From Callorhinchus milii (taxonomy: Eukaryota), in contig NW_024704771.1 of assembly GCF_018977255.1 (NCBI RefSeq), positions 744,001 through 808,000 of the forward strand: 64,000 nucleotides of DNA, written 5' to 3'. Both the position numbers and the translations under genes were made by a program. Positions 24,584-37,100 of the stretch are shown here, piece by piece (the first letter of the stretch is position 1; each line of letters begins with the position of its first letter). The notes beneath the pieces were generated by a model that ran no database searches, was not told the DNA's origin, and saw only the letters and a program-made list of their open reading frames with translations.

Positions 24584-25260
24584 CTCTGGACATCGCCATT
24601 CCGGACACACGATTAATTTACTGTTAACAGTGAAGATTCTTCTCTTTCAGAACAAAGCCTCAACAGTCAGTGTCGAAAATTGTTATTTTACCCTTAAAAT
24701 AACGCCTTAACTTTACTGCGATTCCAGTTACAGGATTCACTGGTTTCACTTTCACATGTGGTGATGTGGAGTTTAAATATGAAATAAATGTTCTCTATTG
24801 TCAGGTTTGTGTCAGTAGTAAAGCGGGAGCTCTGCAGTCAGTTTATTCCCAGTTTGTGGTTTAAACGCTGAGAATTGGAGGCAAGTGAGGAGGGAAGGGA
24901 ATGGGAGCTCCTCTCTGACCTGCACCATGTTGGGGTGAATAAGGAGCGGCTGTGAGGAGGGGGAGGGGAGGGGGACATTACAGCACTTACACATAACATG
25001 TTTCATGTTTCTTCCCCAAACCATCTGATGGAGACCCCCAGTGCGGGGCCAGGGGGGGCCTCACTGTCACAGTTAAAGATCCCACATCACTATTCCAACA
25101 GAGAAGGCAGTTTGTTCGCTGTGGGTGTGAATGCAAACAACATGTTTTATTAATTATGTTTTATATTTTATTGATTATATTTGATCACAAATCTCTGTGT
25201 GTAATGATCTGATTTGCTGTGTTGTAACCAGTTCTGATCCCATTGTGAAGGTCCTCGAAG

Positions 25261-25318
25261 ATGAGCTGCAAACACTGTATTCAGGTCCTGTGGCTTGTGC
25301 TTCCCCTCTCACTGACTG
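25261..25318 (+). CDS. Gene A (butyrophilin-like) signal-peptide exon
   Basis: MSCKHCIQVLWLVLPLSLT, phase-1 donor gtaagg; acceptor at 25231/25232. Confidence 0.8.
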
Positions 25319-25749
25319 GTAAGGAAACACATTGAATCTGTTTGATTTCTGTTGGTGTAAATTGCTGAAGATAAAGGTAAATGATGTGCACAGACTGGTT
25401 GCCGCCTTCCCTCCACAAAATACAGTCAGAGCGCTTTACAGTATATCCTATGAAGATTTTGAGACTTCTCAGCGATGTGATAATCATAGAATAATCAGAA
25501 AATCATAGAGTTATATAGCACAGAAGGAGGCCATTCAGCCCAGTGGGCCAACTCTTTTAAAAGTGCCATCCAAATCAATCCCAATCCCTCGCTCTCTCCC
25601 CATAGCCGCGCAAACTTGTCCATCACAAATAATTATCTATAAGGTGCTATATTAAATGCAAGGATTATTATTATTAACTCAGCGACGGAGTTTGTCTGAG
25701 TCAGTGTGACTGAAAATCCCAACTGTATCCATTGTTTGTTATTAAGCAG

Positions 25750-26097
25750 AGAGATTCATAGTCAGTGGCCCGGCCCTCCCTGTCCCAGCCATTGCTGGTT
25801 CGGATGTTGTCCTGGACTGTAAGTGTTCCACAGACCTGCCACGAGAGAGTGTGGAGGTGAAATGGTTCAGGACAAGATACGACTCCCCTGTGCACTTATA
25901 CAAGGAGGGACGACAGCAACTGGAAACACAGGATGAAGCCTACAGACACAGAACACAACTGTTTGTAGAGGAGTTTATCAACGGCGATGTGTCTCTCAGA
26001 CTGGGAGATGTGCGGGTGTCAGACAACGGACAGTACACATGTTTGGTTAGATACGCCGGATGGCATGAAGAGGCAGAGATAGAGTTGAAAGTTATAG
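25750..26097 (+). CDS. Gene A IgV exon (348 nt)
   Basis: ERFIVSGP..VVLDCKC..EVKWFR..VHLYKEG..AYRHRTQLF..GDVSLRLGDVRVSDNGQYTCLV; AG/GT, phase 1-1. Confidence 0.95.
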
Positions 26098-26258
26098 GTC
26101 AGTAATGATTGCAATTCATTTTACTTCATGTAATCTGTGTGTACAAACATTCATTATTTGTTAATGTTATCTTCAAAATGCAATACTTTATATAAACAAG
26201 AACAAGTTATCATTGATGTAAATGTATTCAGAATGTTGTGGCCTTCAGTAAAGTTACT

Positions 26259-26827
26259 GCTCGCCTCCACTGGCTCCCCATCCCCCAGAGGATTGATCTC
26301 AAGATCCTCATCCTCACCTACAAGGCCATTCACGGCCTTGCTCCCTCCTACCTCTCTGACCTACTATCCCCCTACCTACCTGCCCGTACCCTCCGTTCCT
26401 CCGGCTCCGGTCTGCTCCATGTCCCCCGCCCCAACCGCCCTACCATCGGTGGTCGGGCCTTCAGCCTCTCAGCCCCCAGGCTCAGGAACTCCATCCCCCA
26501 GCGCCTTCGCCGCTTCCTCCCTCTCCTCCTTCAAGGCCGGTCTCAAAACCTTTCTCTTTGACCGAGCCTTCAGCTCCCCTCTCGACTCTCTTCCCCCTCC
26601 TCGCTCCCTCCCTTCCCTCCCCTCCCCTCACCCTGACCATTTCCCCCCTCCTCGCTCCCTCCCTTCCCTCCCCTCACCCTGACCATTTCCCCCCTCCTCG
26701 CTCCCTCCCCTCACCCTGACCATTTCCCCTCTGCTCGGGTCATAACCAAACTGTGCAGCGCCTTGGGAAGTCCTCCTGACGTGAAAGGCGCTTTATAAAT
26801 TAAATCTTGTTGTTGTTGTTGTTGTTG
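26259..26827 (+). mobile_element. Young 5'-truncated L2 copy with a (TTG)n tail
   Basis: Near-identical to 60845-61369; TGCTC at both junctions. Confidence 0.92.
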
Positions 26828-26880
26828 CTCTGTAATGTCCCGGTATTAATATTGTCTGATTCACGTGTCCTGTCTTCCAG

Positions 26881-27156
26881 GCCTTGGCAGTCAGCCTTGG
26901 ATTCACGTTGATGGGCAGCACAGTGATGGTGTGAGTCTGCGGTGTGAATCCAGTGGATGGTTCCCATCACCAGAGGTTCTGTGGTTTGATGATCAGGGAA
27001 ACAACTTAACAACACTCAGTAACTGGACGGTCAGAGAGGATTCCAAAGGTCTCTTCAGTGTTAAAGGACAAATAGAAATAATCTATTCAAACAACAAGAT
27101 CAGGTGTCTGATTCACAATGAAGAAAATGAACAAGAAGGAAAACTCCAAATCTCAG
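26881..27156 (+). CDS. Gene A IgC exon (276 nt)
   Basis: GLGSQPWIHVDG..VSLRCESSGWFPSPEVLW..IRCLIHN..KLQIS; AG/GT, phase 1-1. Confidence 0.95.
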
Positions 27157-27607
27157 GTCAGTAAATACACTGAATTATTAACAATAGTCTGATATATATA
27201 TATGATGCAGATTTGGAGTTCTACAGAATTGGGGCAGAAATATGGAGTTAACCGATTACAGAGATAGGGAGAAGCAGGACCATGGAGGGCTTTGGAGGCA
27301 ATGAATCTTCTTATTACAAACTGAAATGACCGCAGTACTCCAGCTCACCCACCCTTCCTGCTAACCTACTTAAGCTGCTGATTACATTGTGAATGAATCA
27401 ATACTTCATAACTCACAGCCAACATTGCTTCAGAAAAGGCAAATGTTGCTGATCCACCTCACAGTGAAGGGAAGACTCCAAGTTAAGAGCTGAGAAGCTA
27501 CAGGACAACAACAACTGAAATGGGGGCAAATAAAGCTATTTGTGTTTGACATCCAATTTGACATCCATTTGTGTTTGACATCTTCCTCAGTAGCAAAAAC
27601 AGTAGAG

Positions 27608-28372
27608 TGGGTTATCTTTTAGAAGTGGAGAGATTGGAATGTGTTAGTGTCCAGAGGGACTCGGGTGTCCTTGGACACCAGTCACAGAAAGTTAGTCTGC
27701 AGGTGCAGCAGCAATTAGGAAGGGGAACGGTATGTTAGCATTCAGTATGAAAGGATTAGAGTATAAGAGTAGGGAAGTGTTGCTGCCACTGTATAGGGCT
27801 CTGGTGAGACCACACCTGGAATACTGGGGGCAGTTTTGGTCTTCTCATTTAAGGAAGGATGTACTTGCCTCGGAGGGGGTGCAGCGTAGATTTACTGGGT
27901 TAGTACCAGGGATGAAGGGGATGAGTTACGAGGATAGGCTGAACAATTTGGGCCTATATTCTGTGGAATATAGAAGAATTAGAGGGGATCTTATAGAAAC
28001 CTATAATATCAACAAAAGGCAGATAGAGTAGATAGTGGGAGATTGTGTCCCCGGTTGGAGAAACTAAAACCAGGGTCACAACCTTAAAATCAGAGGCAGC
28101 CCTTTCGCACTGAGTTGAGGAAGAACTTCTTCATTCAAAGGGCAGTGAATGTATGGAACTCACTGTCTCAAAGGCCTGTTGACGCTCAGTCCTTGAACAT
28201 ATTCAAGACTGAGATGGATAGATTTCTTCTTGCAAAAGGTATTAAGGGATATGGGGGTAAGGCAGTGTCAGGTTATTAGCTGGAGTTAGATTAGCAGATC
28301 AGCCATGATTGAATGGCGGGGCAGGCTCGAAGGGCCGAATGGCCTCCTCCTGCTCCTACATGTTATGTTATG
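27608..28372 (+). mobile_element. CR1 LINE 3' fragment
   Basis: LYRALVRPHLEYWGQFWSSHLRKDV..VQRRFT..RGDLIETY; ends gggccgaatggcctcctcctgctcct..atgttatg. Confidence 0.92.
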
Positions 28373-28416
28373 ACATCAGAATAGATGTTTAAATGTCTAT
28401 TTACATTCCTTGACAG

Positions 28417-28536
28417 ACGAGTTCTTTCCCAAAGTGCCAGTGGGTTTGGTGGTTTCCGCACTGCTCTTAGGACTTGCCATATTGGTGCTGAGTGTTCTTG
28501 TCCCCTACAGTTTAAAACAGCGCCGAGAGATCAAAG
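28417..28536 (+). CDS. Gene A transmembrane exon (120 nt)
   Basis: DEFFPKVPVGLVVSALLLGLAILVLSVLVPYSLKQRREIK; same length and phase as the gene B TM exon. Confidence 0.9.
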
Positions 28537-28852
28537 GTACGTTCCCATCAGTAACATCTCCCATCACAACACTGTTACTGTTTGTGTAAGAATGTGCAAG
28601 TTCTATAAAATAATTGGTCCCTCCCTTCACTCAGTGACCCCCGGCCTGTTTCATGTCACCGCCTGATCCTCCCTCCCCACCATCAGCAGCTCAGGCTTTC
28701 AGCCTCTCTGCCCCCACTCTCTGCAACTCAAGCCAAGAATCCTTCCGATTCGCCCCCTCCCGCTCCATCACCTCTTTCAAGGCCTGTCCCATGATCTTCC
28801 TCATTCTGCATTTTCAGTTAATTTTACCCTCTCACCCGCTCCCCCCCACCCC

Positions 28853-29063
28853 AACCCCAGCCCAGATCCCAGCTCAGATCCCAGCTCAGACCCCAGCTCA
28901 GACCCCAGCTCAGACTCCAGCTCAGACCCCGGCTCAGACCTCAGTTCAGACCCCAGTTCAGATCCCAGCTCAGACCCCTTCTCAGATCCCAGCTCAGACC
29001 CCAGGTCAGCCCCCAGCTCAGATCCCAGCTCAGACCCCAGCTCAGCCCCCAGCTCAGACCCCA
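28853..29063 (+). repeat. 12-bp tandem repeat expanded inside an L2 3' end
   Basis: Unit cccagctcagac; follows an L2-like RAFSLSAPTL tract. Confidence 0.85.
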
Positions 29064-29269
29064 GTCAGCATTGTGAGGGCTTTGGGATATCCGCCGTTGT
29101 GGAAGGTGCTGTGTAAATGTAAATGTTATTGTAATTCAAACCTCCTGTAATTGTGTTGAGCTGCACTTTGTGTAGTTTCTAACTGTTAATGTTGTAAACA
29201 TATAGACTGAGCATTAAACAATACTGGATTCAGGAGCGGTTTCTAACAGTTTTGTTTTGTATCCTCCAG

Positions 29270-29287
29270 ATCTTGAGAAGAGAGTGG
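29270..29287 (+). CDS. Gene A cytoplasmic microexon (18 nt, DLEKRV)
   Basis: ttttgtatcctccag| ... |gtaagt, phase 1-1. Confidence 0.75.
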
Positions 29288-29364
29288 GTAAGTCATCAAA
29301 ATAAAATAACAATTTCACGTTGTGATTAACCTCATTCACAAGCTTCACACAAAGCAGACATAGT

Positions 29365-30320
29365 TCATAGAATCATAGAATTGAACAGCACAAAAAGAGG
29401 GCATTCGGCCCATAGAGTCTGTGTCGGCTCTTTGAAAAGAGCAATGTAATGTCAGTCCCACTCCCCAGCCCTTTCCCCATAACCTGCAAACCCGTCCTCC
29501 TCAAATACCATCCATCGCGTTTTTAAAAGCTGTTATCGAATCGGCCTCGACTGCCATCTCAGGCAATGCATTCCAGATTCGAACAACTCGCTGCGTGAAA
29601 ACATTTCTTCTCACCTCCCCTCGGCTTCTTTTAGAGACTATTTTAAATCTGTGAACTCGAGTCACCGACACCCACCAGTGGGAACAGTTTTTCCCTTTCT
29701 AACCTATCAAATCCCCTCATGATATTGAAGACCTCTATTAGGTCCTCGTAACCTTCTCTGCTCCAATGAGAATAATCCTAACCTCTCTCGCCTTTCCTCA
29801 TAATCAAGGTCCCTCATTCCTGGTACCATCCTCGTAAATCTCCTCTGCACTCTTTCCAATGCCTGAACATCCTTCCTATAGTGCGGTGCCCAGAACTGGG
29901 CGCAGTATTCTAACTGAGGCCTAACCAGTGTTTATATAGGTTAATCATAACCTTCTGACTCGTGTACTCTATGCCCCTATTTATAAAGCCTAGTATCCCA
30001 TATGCCCTTTTTACAGCCTTATCTCCCTGTCCTGCTACCTTCAAGGATTCATTTACCTGCACCCACAGGTCTATCTGTTCATTTATCCCCTTAAGATTGT
30101 ATGACCAGCCTATATGGCCTCCCCTCATTCTTTCCACCAAAATGCAATACCTCACATTTCTCCACATTAAAATTCATCTGCCATGTGTCGCCCATTTTAC
30201 CATTCTGTCTATGTCTTCCTGCAGTTGGCTCCTATCCTTCTCACTGTTTACCTAACTTTGTGTCGTCCGCAAACTTGGAAATGGTGCTTGCTATATACCC
30301 AAGTCCAGATCACTTATGTT
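29365..30320 (-). mobile_element. CR1 LINE 3' fragment
   Basis: Minus-strand AVKRAYGILGFINRGIEY; catagaatcatagaa..cattcggccc end. Similar short ends at ~13010, 15215, 25485 and 49915. Confidence 0.88.
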
Positions 30321-30924
30321 ATAGTTTGCCAACAAAATACACAGTCACTACACTCTCCAGTAAATCCTGCGAAATGCTTTTGAGGAGCCAAATCTATTTC
30401 AAGGATTATTATTATAGAATAACAACAACTTGCACTTGTATAGTGCCCTCCACGCAGGATGGCACCTCAGATCGCTGAACAGAGACAGAGCCTGATCCTG
30501 AGCCGGGCCGGGCGGGGGTTGGTGGGGGGGTGTTGGTGGGAGCTGACTATAAGCACAGTCGAAAAGAAAGATTTTCAGGTGGGACTTGAAAAGGGGGAGA
30601 GAGGGGACAAGGCGGAGGGTTTGAGGGAGAGTGTTCCAGAGTTTTGGAGCGTAGTGGCTGAACGCACGATTTCCAATGGTGGAGCGGAGGGCAGTAGACA
30701 GGGAAGTAGACAGGTGTATGAGGGATAGAGACTTGAAGGGGTTAATGATAGGGCGGGGCAGCTGTTGTTAACACTTTGCTCTGAGAGCCCATATCGACTC
30801 GATGGTGAATGGCCTCCTTCTGGGCTGTAAATTTCAATGATTCTATTCCATGAATTATTACAGAGTGTTTAACTCCAAACATTGGTCTGTTTCACAGCTT
30901 CAACTTTCCCTTTTCTTCCCTCAG

Positions 30925-30933
30925 ACAACATTG
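30925..30933 (+). CDS. Tentative gene A 9-nt microexon (DNI)
   Basis: Strong acceptor ctttcccttttcttccctcag, donor gtttgt, frame-preserving. Confidence 0.45.
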
Positions 30934-31142
30934 GTTTGTGAACACACACACAGAGGGGGAGAGAGAATGAGTAGCTTCAATGAGGGAGAGAGGGAAGGAG
31001 TGAGAGAGGGAAGGAGTGGGAGAGAGTGAGAGATGGAGGGATTGAGTTAGAGAGAGAATGAGGGAGAGAAAGTGTGAGAGAGGGAGGGAATGTCACGAGG
31101 TGAGGAGCTGCCAAAGGTCTGATCACTTCTTCTTGTTTCCAG

Positions 31143-31169
31143 AGTGGAAAAGGATTCGCAGCTGCGCAG
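31143..31169 (+). CDS. Gene A pre-B30.2 microexon (27 nt, EWKRIRSCA)
   Basis: ttcttcttgtttccag| ... |gtaaga; splices in frame to VTVTLDP. Confidence 0.88.
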
Positions 31170-32371
31170 GTAAGAGTCTGAGTGACCAAGTAACCAACAT
31201 CCAACACACTGCCCCCCCCACACACACACACAATCACATCACCCCCCACACACACACACACACAATCACCCCCCACACACACACACAATCACATCACCCC
31301 CCACACACACACACACACAATCACATCACCCCCCACACACACACACAATCACATCACCCCCCACACACACACACAATCACATCACACCCCACACACACAC
31401 ACAATCACATCATCACCACACCCCCAACACACAGACCCTGACACTCCCATCCGCTTACAAACACACACATCCCTCACACACATTCCCCCACACACACCCT
31501 CACATCCCCTCACACACTCAAATGCCCCCCCACACACATTCACCCCACCCCGCACACCCCCTCACATTTCCCCACACGCTCACATCCCCCCACACACTCA
31601 CAACCCCCCACACTCTCACATCCCCCCACACGCTCACATCCCCCACACCCTCACATCCCCCACACCCTCACATCCCCCACACCCTCACATCCCCCCAGAC
31701 ACTCACATCGCCCCACACACTCACATCCCCCCACACACCCTCAAATCACCCCACGCGCTTACATTCCCCCACGCGCTCACATCCCCCCACACACTCACAT
31801 CCCCCCACACGCTCACATCCCCCCACACCCTCACATCCCCCCACACCCTCACATCCCCCCACACCCTCACATCCCCCCAGACACTCACAAACCCCCACAC
31901 CCTCACATCCCCCCACACGCTCACATCGCCCCACACACTCACATCCCCCCACACACCCTCAAATCACCCCACGCGCTCACATTCCCCCACGCGCTCACAT
32001 CCCCCCACACGCTCACATCCCCCCACACGCTCACATCCCCCCAAACGCTCACATTCTGCCACACACTCACATCCCCCCACACACCCTCAAATCACCCCAC
32101 GCGCTCACATTCCCCCACATACATACCCTCACATCTACTCCACACATAGATCCTCACATACACCCCCATTCACACATGCCCCCACACACACCCTCACAGC
32201 CCCTCACACACACACCATCACAGCTCATCCCCCACAAACATCCTTATATCCCTGAACACACACACCCCATACACCACCACCAACACACACATCCTCACAG
32301 CCACCTCACACCCACAACAGATCCCCCCCACCCACAAATACCCACACATCACCCCAAACACACACGGAGAT

Positions 32372-32880
32372 TGGTACCTGTAAGAATGCGGGCAGCAGAG
32401 TTTTGGATCACCTGGATTTTATGGATGGTAGTAGAGGGGAGACCGGCGAAGAGGGTGTTTGAATAGTACAGCCGAGAGGTGACAAAGGCATGGACCAGGG
32501 TTTCAGCGGCTTTTGGAGTGAGGTATTGGCGGAGACGGGCAATGTGTCGGAAGTGGAAGAAAGTGGTGCTGGTGAGGGACTGGATATGGGGGAGGATGGA
32601 TAACTGGGGGTCGAACCTGACACCAAGGTTGCATACGGGTTCGGATAGTTTTAGGGGGAGGTCGGGTAGATGGAGGAGGTGAGAAGCATGCAGTTTTAGA
32701 CTTTGACGAGAGCCAAAGTTTATGGCTTCCATCTTGTCGATGTTCAACTGAAGGAAATTCGCGCTTATCCAGCTCCTGAGGTCTGACAGACAGCTGACAG
32801 AACATCAGGGGATGGGGGGCTGCAAAGTGAGGCGGAAAAATAGAGTTGGATGTCATCCGCATACTTGTGGAAGTGTACCC
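32372..32880 (-). mobile_element. L2 fragment nested in the satellite
   Basis: NLGVRFDPQLSILPHI..ETLVHAFVTSRLYYSN..IQNSAARIL. Confidence 0.88.
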
Positions 32881-33849
32881 CATAATAATAATAATAATAA
32901 TAATAATAATCCTTGCATTTGATATAGCGCTTTTCACGTCGGGAGGACGTCCCAAAGCGCTTCACAGAACACACTGTAAAGTGAATTGACTGTATATTTG
33001 TGGGCGAACGCGGCAGCCAATTGCGCACAACAATATTCCCCCCACGCGCACACACACGCCCCCCAAACGCACACTCACGTTCCTCCACAACACTCTCACG
33101 TCCCCCCAGCACATGCACGCTCACGTTCCTCCACACACACCCTCATGTTGCTCCACATGAACCCTCACCTCCCCCCCACATGCACCCTCACATTCCTCCA
33201 CACACACACCTATTCATCACTCCCACACACACCCTCACGTCCCCTACACGCACCCTCATGAGCCCCCACAAGCACCCTCACGTCCACCCCACACGCACCC
33301 TCACGTCTGCCCCACACACAGCCTCACGTCTGCCCCACACACAGCCTCACGTCCACCCCACACGCACCCTCACATCTGCCCTACACGTAGCCTCACGTCC
33401 CCCACACACGCACCCTCACGTCCACCCCACACGCACCCTCACATCCACCCCACACGCACCCTCACATCCGCCCCACACGCACCCTCACCTCCCCCCACAC
33501 GCACCCTCACATCCCCCCCACACGCACCCTCACGTCCACCCCACACGCACCCTCACATCCACCCCACACGCACCCTCACGTCCGCCCCACACGCACCCTC
33601 ACCTCCCCCCACACGCACCCTCACATCCCCCCACACGCACCCTCACGTCCCCCCCACACGCAGCCTCACGTCCCCCCCACACGCACCTTTGTGTCCCCAA
33701 CACGAACCCTCACGTCCCCCGCACATGCACTTTCACGACCCCCACACGCACCCTTACGTCCCCCCCACCCGTAAACTCTCACCTCCCCCCATACGTGCCC
33801 TCACATCCCCCACACGCACCTTCACATCCCCCACATGCACCCTCACATT

Positions 33850-34175
33850 ATAATAATAATAATAATAATCCTTGCATTTGATATAGCGCTTTTCACGTCG
33901 GGAGGACGTCCCAAAGCGCTTCACAGAACATACTGTAAAGTGAGTTGACTGTATATTTGTGGGCGAACGCGGCAGCCAATTGCGCACAGCAATGTCCCAC
34001 AAACAGTCGTAGATTGAAAATGACCAATTTATTATTGTTTTTGGTTTTGGAGGGATTATTATTAGGCTCTGTGTGGAGTAAGGAAACTTGCCCAAGGTTT
34101 CGCCCTCTGCCTGGAATTGAACTCAGGTCTCTCACTTGCAAAGCGAGTGCTCTAACCACTGAGCTACAGGACTCC
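33850..34175 (-). mobile_element. Full-length tRNA-derived SINE with an L2-type tail
   Basis: Reverse complement begins GGAGTCCTGTAGCTCAGTGGTTAGAGCA (A box), GAGTTCAATTCC (B box), (TAT)n tail. Other headed copies at 44575-44948 (+), 51855-52228 (+), 56866-57176 (-) and 61730-62077 (-); many headless copies. Confidence 0.9.
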
Positions 34176-37100
34176 ACACACGCACCCTCACGTCCGCCCA
34201 TGAGGCACACTCACTTCCCCTGCACAAGCACGCTCATGTCCCCCGCACACACACCCTCAGACAGCTTCATGTCACCCCCACACGCACCCTCACGTCACCC
34301 CCACACGCACCATGTCTTGACCCTCACGCAGCCTCACGTCCCCCCCACATGTACCGTCATGTCCCCCGCACACGCACCATCACACAGCCTCACGTTCACC
34401 TCACACGCACCCTCACATCCCCCGCACATGCACCCTCACGTCCCCCGCACACTCACCCTCAAGCAGCCTCACGTTCACCCCACACGCACCCTCATGTCCC
34501 CCGCACATGCACACTAACGTCCCCCCACGCACGCACCCTCACGTCACCCCCAAACGCACCCTCACCTCCCCCCACACGCACCCTCACGTCACCCCCACAT
34601 GCATCCTCACGTCAACCCCACATGCACCCTCACGTCTCCCGCACACGCACCCTAACGTCCACTCCACACGCACCCTCACGTTCCCCCGACCCGTATCCTC
34701 ACGTCCCCCACACACGCACCCTCACGCACACCCCGCACGCACCGTCACATTACCCCCACACGCACCATTACGTGCACCACGCACATGACCCTCACGTCCC
34801 CTCTGCACGCGCACCCTCACATCTCCACCACACGCACCCTGACATTCCTCCACAACACCCTCACATCCCCCCCACACGAACCCTCACATCCCCCCCACAC
34901 GCACCCTCACGTTCATCCACACTCACCCTCACGTCCCCCGCACACGAACCCACACATCCCACATGAACCCTCACGTCACCCCCACATGCGCCCTGTCTTG
35001 ACCCCCACACACCCGCACTTCCTCCTCACACGCACCAACACGACCCCCCAACACACAGCCTCACATTGCCCCCACACGCACCTTTTCGTCGCCTCCACAC
35101 AAACCCTCACTTCCCCCCCAAACGCACCCTCACGTCCAACCTACACGCACCCTCACGTTCCCCGCACACACAACCTCATGTCCCCCGCACACGCACCCTC
35201 ACGTTTAACCCACACGCACCCTCATGTCCCCGCCACATGCACCCTCATGTCCCCCTCACACGCACCCTCACCTCACCCCGACACAACCTCACGTCCCCTA
35301 CCACGCAACCTCACGTCTCCCCACACGCACCCTCACGTCCCGCTCACATGCACCCTTACATCCACCCCCCATACACCCTCATGTCACCCCCACCATTCAC
35401 CCTCAAGTTGCCAGAAATGCAGCCTCACGTCACTCCCACAGGCACCCTCATCTCCATCCCACACGTAACTTCACGCCCCCACCCCACACGCACATTCGTG
35501 TCCCACACACGCCCCCTCATGTTCCTCCACTTACCCTCATGTTCCTCCACACACACACTCACATCCCCTGCACACACAATCTAACGTCCCCCCCCACACA
35601 CACCCTCACGTCCCCCCCACACGCACCCTCACATCCCCACACACGCACCCTCACGACTCCCCCCACACGCACCCTCACGTCCCCCCCACACGCGCCCTCA
35701 CATGCACCCCACAGGGACCCTCATAGCCCCCCACTCGCAACTTCACCTGGCCGCCATACGCACCCTCACGTCAATCCCACACGCACCCTCACGTCCCCCC
35801 CACACACACCCTCACATCCCCCCCACACGCACCCTCACGTCCCCCCACATGCACCCTCATGTCCCCCCCCACACGCACACTCAGGAGCCCCCAAACGCAC
35901 CCACACGTTCCCCCCCACCACACACACTCTCACATCGCTCCCACACGCACCCTCACATCCCCCTACTTGCATCCTCACGTCCCTCTCACACGCATCTTCA
36001 CATCCCCCACACCCACCCACACGACGCCACCACACGCACCCACACGACCCCCCGACATGCACCCTCACTTTCCCCCCCACACTCACATACACAACCTGAC
36101 TTGAGCCCCACACACACTGTCACTTCCCCCACACGCACGCTCACCTCCAGCCCACATGCACCATCACGTCCTCCCTATGCACACCCTCACATACCCGCGC
36201 ACCCTAACCTCCCTCCCACATGCACATTCACATCCCCCCCACACACTCACAACCCCACCACATGCACCCTCACGACCTCCCCACACGTACACTCACTTGC
36301 CCCTACACGCACCCTTACGTCCCCCCCAGACGCACCCTCACGTCTCCCCCACACGCATCCTCACATCACTCCCACATGCACCCTTACTTCCCCCACACAC
36401 TACCATCACGTACCCACCCACACATGCACCTTGTCTTGAACCCCACACACTAGCACATCCCCCTCACACACACCCTCACATCCACCCACACACACCCTCA
36501 TATCCCCCCACACACACCCTCACATCCCACCACGCGCACCCTCGCGTCCCCCCACACACACCCTCACCTCCCACAAACACACCCTCACCTCCCACACACA
36601 CACCCTCACGTTCACCCCCACACACACCTTTTCGTCATGCCCACACACACCCTCACTTCACCCCTCACGCACCCTCACGTACACCCCACATGCACCCTCA
36701 CGTCACCTCCACACGCACCCTCATGCCCCCCATACGCACCCTCACCTCGCCCCCACATGCACCCTCTCATCCTCCCCCCCCCACACGCAGCCTCACTTCC
36801 TCCCACATGCAACCTCATGTCCCCCCACACGCACATCCTCACGTTCCCCCCCATACGCACCCTCATCTCCTCCCCCGCACACACTCTCACATTCCCCCAC
36901 ACATACACTCACATCTCCCCACACACACCCTCACATCCCCCCCACACACACCCTCACATCGCCCCCACACGCACCCTCACGTCCCTCCCACACGCATCTT
37001 CACATCCCCCCACACGCACCCTCACATCCCCCCCATACACAATCTGACATGAGCCCCACTCACACCCTCACGTCCCCCCACGCGCACCCTCACCTGCCCC

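Larger units (their letters stand above)
19643..24598 (+). repeat. Three tandem copies of a ~1.6-1.8 kb unit (microsatellite + motif block/donor + 28-bp VNTR + ~140-bp ISRE block)
   Basis: The unique 90-bp block recurs at offsets of 1599 and 3154 bp; both junctions read atcgccatcgcc|acagtc (21282, 22797). Confidence 0.95.

Noticed and set aside
19904-24608. 356-530 aa minus-strand ORFs (PVTPHIAVWPGHSSHCCLARSLLTLLSG repeats)
   Set aside because: The 28-bp unit has no stop on the minus strand, so all three frames are open; no domain content.
17326-25750. TRIM-butyrophilin fusion transcript
   Set aside because: The TRIM exon-3 donor is phase 0 while gene A coding exons are phase 1, and the TRIM already has upstream stops.
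28653-29150. PAQT-repeat ORF resembling a mucin or linker
   Set aside because: A 12-bp expansion of an L2 3' motif; no splice support.
34100-34175. tRNA genes
   Set aside because: The A/B boxes belong to SINE heads that run into SINE bodies and L2-like tails; I found no free-standing tRNA or rRNA.
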